Assembly: GCA_964291625.2 (NCBI GenBank)
Contig: OZ220090.1
Location: 448,001 to 512,000, forward strand
Direction of reading: 5' to 3'
DNA from: Candidatus Latescibacterota bacterium
GTDB taxonomy: Bacteria > Latescibacterota > UBA2968 > UBA8231
Length of the DNA stretch: 64,000 nt
The notes beneath the pieces were generated by a model. It was given only the letters and a program-made list of their open reading frames with translations. It was not told the origin of the DNA and searched no databases. This document shows positions 60,286 through 64,000 of the stretch, in pieces (the first letter of the stretch is position 1; each line of letters opens with the position of its first letter). The translations under genes and the position numbers were made by a program.

Positions 60286-61128
60286 ATGACGATCATCGAT
60301 CCCCATACCCATGTCTGGGTCAACGATCCGCGCTTTCCCTGGCCCGCAGAGAACCCGTCTCCTCCCGCCGAGGACCGCACCGCCGAGATGCTCCTCGAGC
60401 AGATGGCCGCCCACGGCGTGGAGAAGACGGTGCTGGTGCAGGTAATCCACTACCGATGGGACAACCGCTACGTCGTCGATGTCATTCGACGCTATCCCGG
60501 CAAGTTCATGGCCGTGGGCCGCATCAACCCGGAGGACCCGGCGGCGGCGGACCATCTCAGCGATTGGACGGAGCAGGGCGTGCACGGAGTCCGCCTGAGT
60601 CCGTCCGTCGACTCCTCGGGCGACTGGTTCGCCGACCCGGCGCGGATGAACCCCATCTTCGCGCGGGCCGAGTCCCTCGGCGTGCCCCTGCTGCTGTTGA
60701 CGCAGTCCCCCCGGCTGCGCGACCTGGTGCCCCTCCTCGACCGCCACCCGGATCTCGACGTCGTCATCGACCACATGTCCGACGTCCATCCCGACGACGC
60801 CGAGGGACGCCGGCTCCTGATGGACCTGGCGAGATACGAGCGGGTCTACGTGAAGATCAGCCACACCTGGTCGACCTCGGGAGAAGGATTTCCCTGGGCC
60901 GACACCCACGGCCTGGTGGAGGAGGTCTACCAGACTTTCGGAGCACAGCGCATCATGTGGGGCACGGACTGGCCGGTCTGCCTGAGCAAGGCGGAGTACG
61001 GCCAGACCCTGTCGGTGGTCCGCGATCACATGAGCGCCTTCATCGCCTCCGAGGACATGGAGTGGGTCCTCGGCCGGACGGTCCTGAGGCTCTGGCCTTT
61101 CGGGGCCAAGGGGAACCGAGAATGCTGA
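60286..61128 (+). CDS. Amidohydrolase_2 family protein (sugar-lactonase-like)
   Basis: IDPHTHVW, GVRL, VIDH, VKIS, MWGTDWP. Confidence 0.88.
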   Translation: MTIIDPHTHVWVNDPRFPWPAENPSPPAEDRTAEMLLEQMAAHGVEKTVLVQVIHYRWDNRYVVDVIRRYPGKFMAVGRINPEDPAAADHLSDWTEQGVHGVRLSPSVDSSGDWFADPARMNPIFARAESLGVPLLLLTQSPRLRDLVPLLDRHPDLDVVIDHMSDVHPDDAEGRRLLMDLARYERVYVKISHTWSTSGEGFPWADTHGLVEEVYQTFGAQRIMWGTDWPVCLSKAEYGQTLSVVRDHMSAFIASEDMEWVLGRTVLRLWPFGAKGNREC

Positions 61129-61991
61129 GGATCGGCATGGTGGGCGCCGAGAACAGCCACACCCTGGCCATCGCCAAGGTCCTCAACGTGGACAAGCGTC
61201 TCCGGGGCGTGCGCGCTACCCACGTCTGGGGAGAGACCCGCCGGTTCGCGCGGGAAGCGGCCGAGGCCGGGCAGATCCCGCGGATCGTCACCCGCCCGGA
61301 GGAGATGATCGGGGAGGTCGACGCCATCGTGGTGGACCACCGCCACGGCAAGTTACACCTGCCGGCGGCGAGGCCCTTCCTCGAGACGGGCGTGCCCATG
61401 TTCATCGACAAGCCGTTCTGCTACCGGCGGGCCGAAGGCCGCAAGTTCCTCGCCCGTGCGCGCGAGTTGAAGGTGCCGGTCTGCTCGTTCTCGACCCTGC
61501 CCAAGCAGAAGGCCTTCCGCGATCTGAAGCGGGTCGTCTCCAGCCTCGGGCAGATCCACACGGTGATCTCCACCGGCCCCTGCGACATCCGCTCCAAGTG
61601 GGGCGGCATCTTCTTCTACGGCATCCACCAGGTCGACCTGGTCCTCCGTCTCGCAGGCTACGACTTCTACCGGGTGCAGATGGTGAAGGGCGCGGGCGCC
61701 AACCACAGCGCCAGCATCCTCTTCCGCTCGGGCACGGTGGCGACCATGAACCTCATCGGCGAAGGCAGGCCCGGGTTCCACCTCTCCGTGATCGGCGAGG
61801 GAGGCCGGGTGGACCGGCCGATCCCCATGGACGAGAGTCCCTACCTGACCGGAGTCCGCGACTTCGTGCGCATGTTCAGAACGGGCGAGACGGAGGAGAC
61901 CGAGCAGACCATGCTCGGGCCCGTGGCCGTCCTCGAGTCGCTCGAGAAGTCGGTGGCCAAGCCTTTCGCACGCGTGGGAGCCGGCGTCTGA
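61122..61991 (+). CDS. Gfo/Idh/MocA family oxidoreductase
   Basis: MLRIGMVG, PMFIDKP, FYGIH. Confidence 0.8.
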   Translation: MLRIGMVGAENSHTLAIAKVLNVDKRLRGVRATHVWGETRRFAREAAEAGQIPRIVTRPEEMIGEVDAIVVDHRHGKLHLPAARPFLETGVPMFIDKPFCYRRAEGRKFLARARELKVPVCSFSTLPKQKAFRDLKRVVSSLGQIHTVISTGPCDIRSKWGGIFFYGIHQVDLVLRLAGYDFYRVQMVKGAGANHSASILFRSGTVATMNLIGEGRPGFHLSVIGEGGRVDRPIPMDESPYLTGVRDFVRMFRTGETEETEQTMLGPVAVLESLEKSVAKPFARVGAGV

Positions 61992-62004
61992 AAGGGAGCA
62001 TGGG

Positions 62005-63138
62005 ATGTCGGACTGGCAACTGAAGTCTGCGCGGGAGACGCGCTACGACGCCGTCTCTCTGGGCGAGGTCCTGATGCGGATCGATCCCGGCGACGTGCCC
62101 ACGGCGCGGGCCCGGACGGCGCGCATCTGGCACGGCGGCGGCGAGACCAACGTCACCGAGGGACTGAGCTACTGCTTCGGTCTGCGCACGGCCGTGGTCA
62201 CCGCCCTCGTGGACGACGGCATCGGCCGCAACATCGAGAACCAGCTGCGCGAGGCCGGCATCGACACGGGCCACATCATCTGGTTCAGCCCCTCGGGCAA
62301 GGGGGAGCATGCCACCGACGGCAAGGGTACCCTGCACAACGGCATCAACTTCACCTGGGCCGGCAAGGGGGTGCTGCCGTCGGTCACCGAGTACTACCGG
62401 GCCCACACCCCGGTGCGCGAGATCGGCCCCGGCGACGTCGACTGGGACCACCTCTTCGGCGAGCTGGGGACGCGCTGGTTCAGCACCGGCGGCATCTACA
62501 CCCTGCTGTCGCAGAAGACGGCCGATCTGGCGCTGGAGGCGATGACCCGGGCCGGCGAGCACGGCGCCGGACGCTCCTTCGACCTCAACTACCGCTCGAA
62601 GGTGGAGCCCGACAAGGACCGCGCCCGCCAGATCAACCGCGGCATCGTGCCCCACGTCGACTTCCTCGTGGGCAATCAGGACGACTTCGACGACGCCCTC
62701 GGATACGAGACCGAGTCCGTCGACAAGGAGGCCCCCTTCGACGAGTGGCTGGAGATCTACACCGGCATGCTCCGGCAGGTGTCGAAGGACTACCCGAACC
62801 TGCGCTTCATCGGTACCCAGCTGCGCGGGGCCCTGTCGGCGGACCGCATCAACTGGGGCGCCGTCCTCTACGAGGTCGGGACCGACACGGTGCACCAGGC
62901 GGCGGTGCGGACGGAGGTGGAGATCGCCGACCGCACCGGCGGGGGGGACTCCTTCGCCTCCGGGGTGATCGCGGCCCTGCTGTTGGGACGGACCCCGGCC
63001 GAGGCCGCGCAGTGGGGTGCCGCCCACGGCATCCTGGTGCAGGAGACGGTGGGGGATACCTCCATGGTCACGCGGACGGATGTCGAGAAGGAGGTCGACC
63101 GGGCGCTGAAGGGCGGAGGGGTATCGGCGCTGCGGTGA
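62005..63138 (+). CDS. PfkB sugar kinase (KDG-kinase-like)
   Basis: LGEVLMR, GGGETNV, FDLNYR, GN, DRTGGGDSFASG. Confidence 0.9.
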   Translation: MSDWQLKSARETRYDAVSLGEVLMRIDPGDVPTARARTARIWHGGGETNVTEGLSYCFGLRTAVVTALVDDGIGRNIENQLREAGIDTGHIIWFSPSGKGEHATDGKGTLHNGINFTWAGKGVLPSVTEYYRAHTPVREIGPGDVDWDHLFGELGTRWFSTGGIYTLLSQKTADLALEAMTRAGEHGAGRSFDLNYRSKVEPDKDRARQINRGIVPHVDFLVGNQDDFDDALGYETESVDKEAPFDEWLEIYTGMLRQVSKDYPNLRFIGTQLRGALSADRINWGAVLYEVGTDTVHQAAVRTEVEIADRTGGGDSFASGVIAALLLGRTPAEAAQWGAAHGILVQETVGDTSMVTRTDVEKEVDRALKGGGVSALR

Positions 63139-63208
63139 CCTGCCGCGGGGACCCACGTACGACCTCGCGAGGAGGGCGGAGCCTCCCGCCTCCTCGCCCG
63201 CTCCACCG

Positions 63209-64000
63209 ATGAGCGACAGGGGATACGAAGGCTGGCGGCGCAACTTCTACACCCTCTGGGCGGCGGAGCTGACGGCCATCATCGGCTTTCAGGCGATGCA
63301 GCCCTTCCTGCCCTACTACATCCAGGAGTTCGAGGTCGGAAGCCTGGACGAGGCCTTGCTCTGGGCGGGCCGCATGGGTACGGCGGCGGGACTGGCCATG
63401 GCGATCTCGGCACCGGTCTGGGGCACCCTCGCCGATCGCTACGGCCGCAAGCCGATGGTCGTGCGCTCCATGCTCGGCGGGGGCCTGTGCGTGGTGATGA
63501 TGGCCTGTGTGCCCAGCGTGGAGCTGCTCCTGCTCGCCCGGGTCCTCCATGGGATCCTCGCCGGCACGGTCACCGCCTGCCTGACCCTGGTCTCCACCTC
63601 GACGCCCCGATCCCATCTCGCCTTCGCCCTCGGCCTGATGCAGGGCGCCTTCATGCTCGGCGGCTCGGTGGGGCCACTGATCGGGGGGCCGCTGATCGAG
63701 ATCTTCGGGTACCGCAACTGCTTCCTGGTTTCCGGTATCGTCGTCATGCTGGCGGGCCTCTGCGTCCAGATCCAGGTGCGCGAGGACTTCCAGCGCTCCA
63801 GGTCGGTGGAGAGCTCCTCGCGCTACCGTCTCCCGGGACGCGACATGGTTCGGCTCCTGTCGCTGCGGCCCTTCCTCGTGCTGGTGGCGACGGTCATCTC
63901 CATGTCCTTCGCCTTCGGCTTCATCATGCCCGTGGTGCCCCTCTTTCTGCAGCAGCTGGCGGACACCAGCGACATCCTCTCCCTCGCCGGAATGATCTTC
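63209..64000 (+). CDS. MFS transporter (DHA1/MdtG-like), 3' truncated by window edge
   Basis: MSDRGYEGWRRNFYTLWAAE...PFLPYY...PVWGTLADRYGRKPM (motif A); not in ORF track because it has no stop in the window. Confidence 0.88.
   Translation, partial: MSDRGYEGWRRNFYTLWAAELTAIIGFQAMQPFLPYYIQEFEVGSLDEALLWAGRMGTAAGLAMAISAPVWGTLADRYGRKPMVVRSMLGGGLCVVMMACVPSVELLLLARVLHGILAGTVTACLTLVSTSTPRSHLAFALGLMQGAFMLGGSVGPLIGGPLIEIFGYRNCFLVSGIVVMLAGLCVQIQVREDFQRSRSVESSSRYRLPGRDMVRLLSLRPFLVLVATVISMSFAFGFIMPVVPLFLQQLADTSDILSLAGMIF

Overview
GC-rich bacterial chromosome segment, gene-dense, about 60 CDS plus one tRNA-Asn(GTT). I saw no integrase, transposase, phage structural gene or CRISPR array. A PorV/PorQ-type barrel, a short Bacteroidota-style RpoD, RNase Y and many enolase-superfamily, Gfo/Idh/MocA, amidohydrolase and SSS genes suggest an FCB-group heterotroph such as Latescibacterota or Gemmatimonadota (inference only). 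Most of the window is catabolic or housekeeping. The most notable locus is 12984-18047. It has a near-consensus sigma54 promoter, pspA, four small membrane proteins (one absent from the ORF track, one apparently chimeric), a soluble TPR histidine kinase, and a PspF-clade enhancer-binding protein. That activator has gained a receiver domain and lacks the PspA-contacting Trp56, so the locus looks like a phage-shock system rewired to two-component control. Other leads: a GHMP kinase with altered catalytic motifs in a catabolic operon, two enolase-superfamily paralogues with His at the third metal-ligand position, a Cys-less AbfD/HpaB-family protein, an orphan NuoI-like gene coupled to dxr, and a tRNA-adjacent glycan-modification triplet. 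All family assignments come from remembered motifs; no searches were run. Many start codons were re-picked from RBS and stop/start overlaps.
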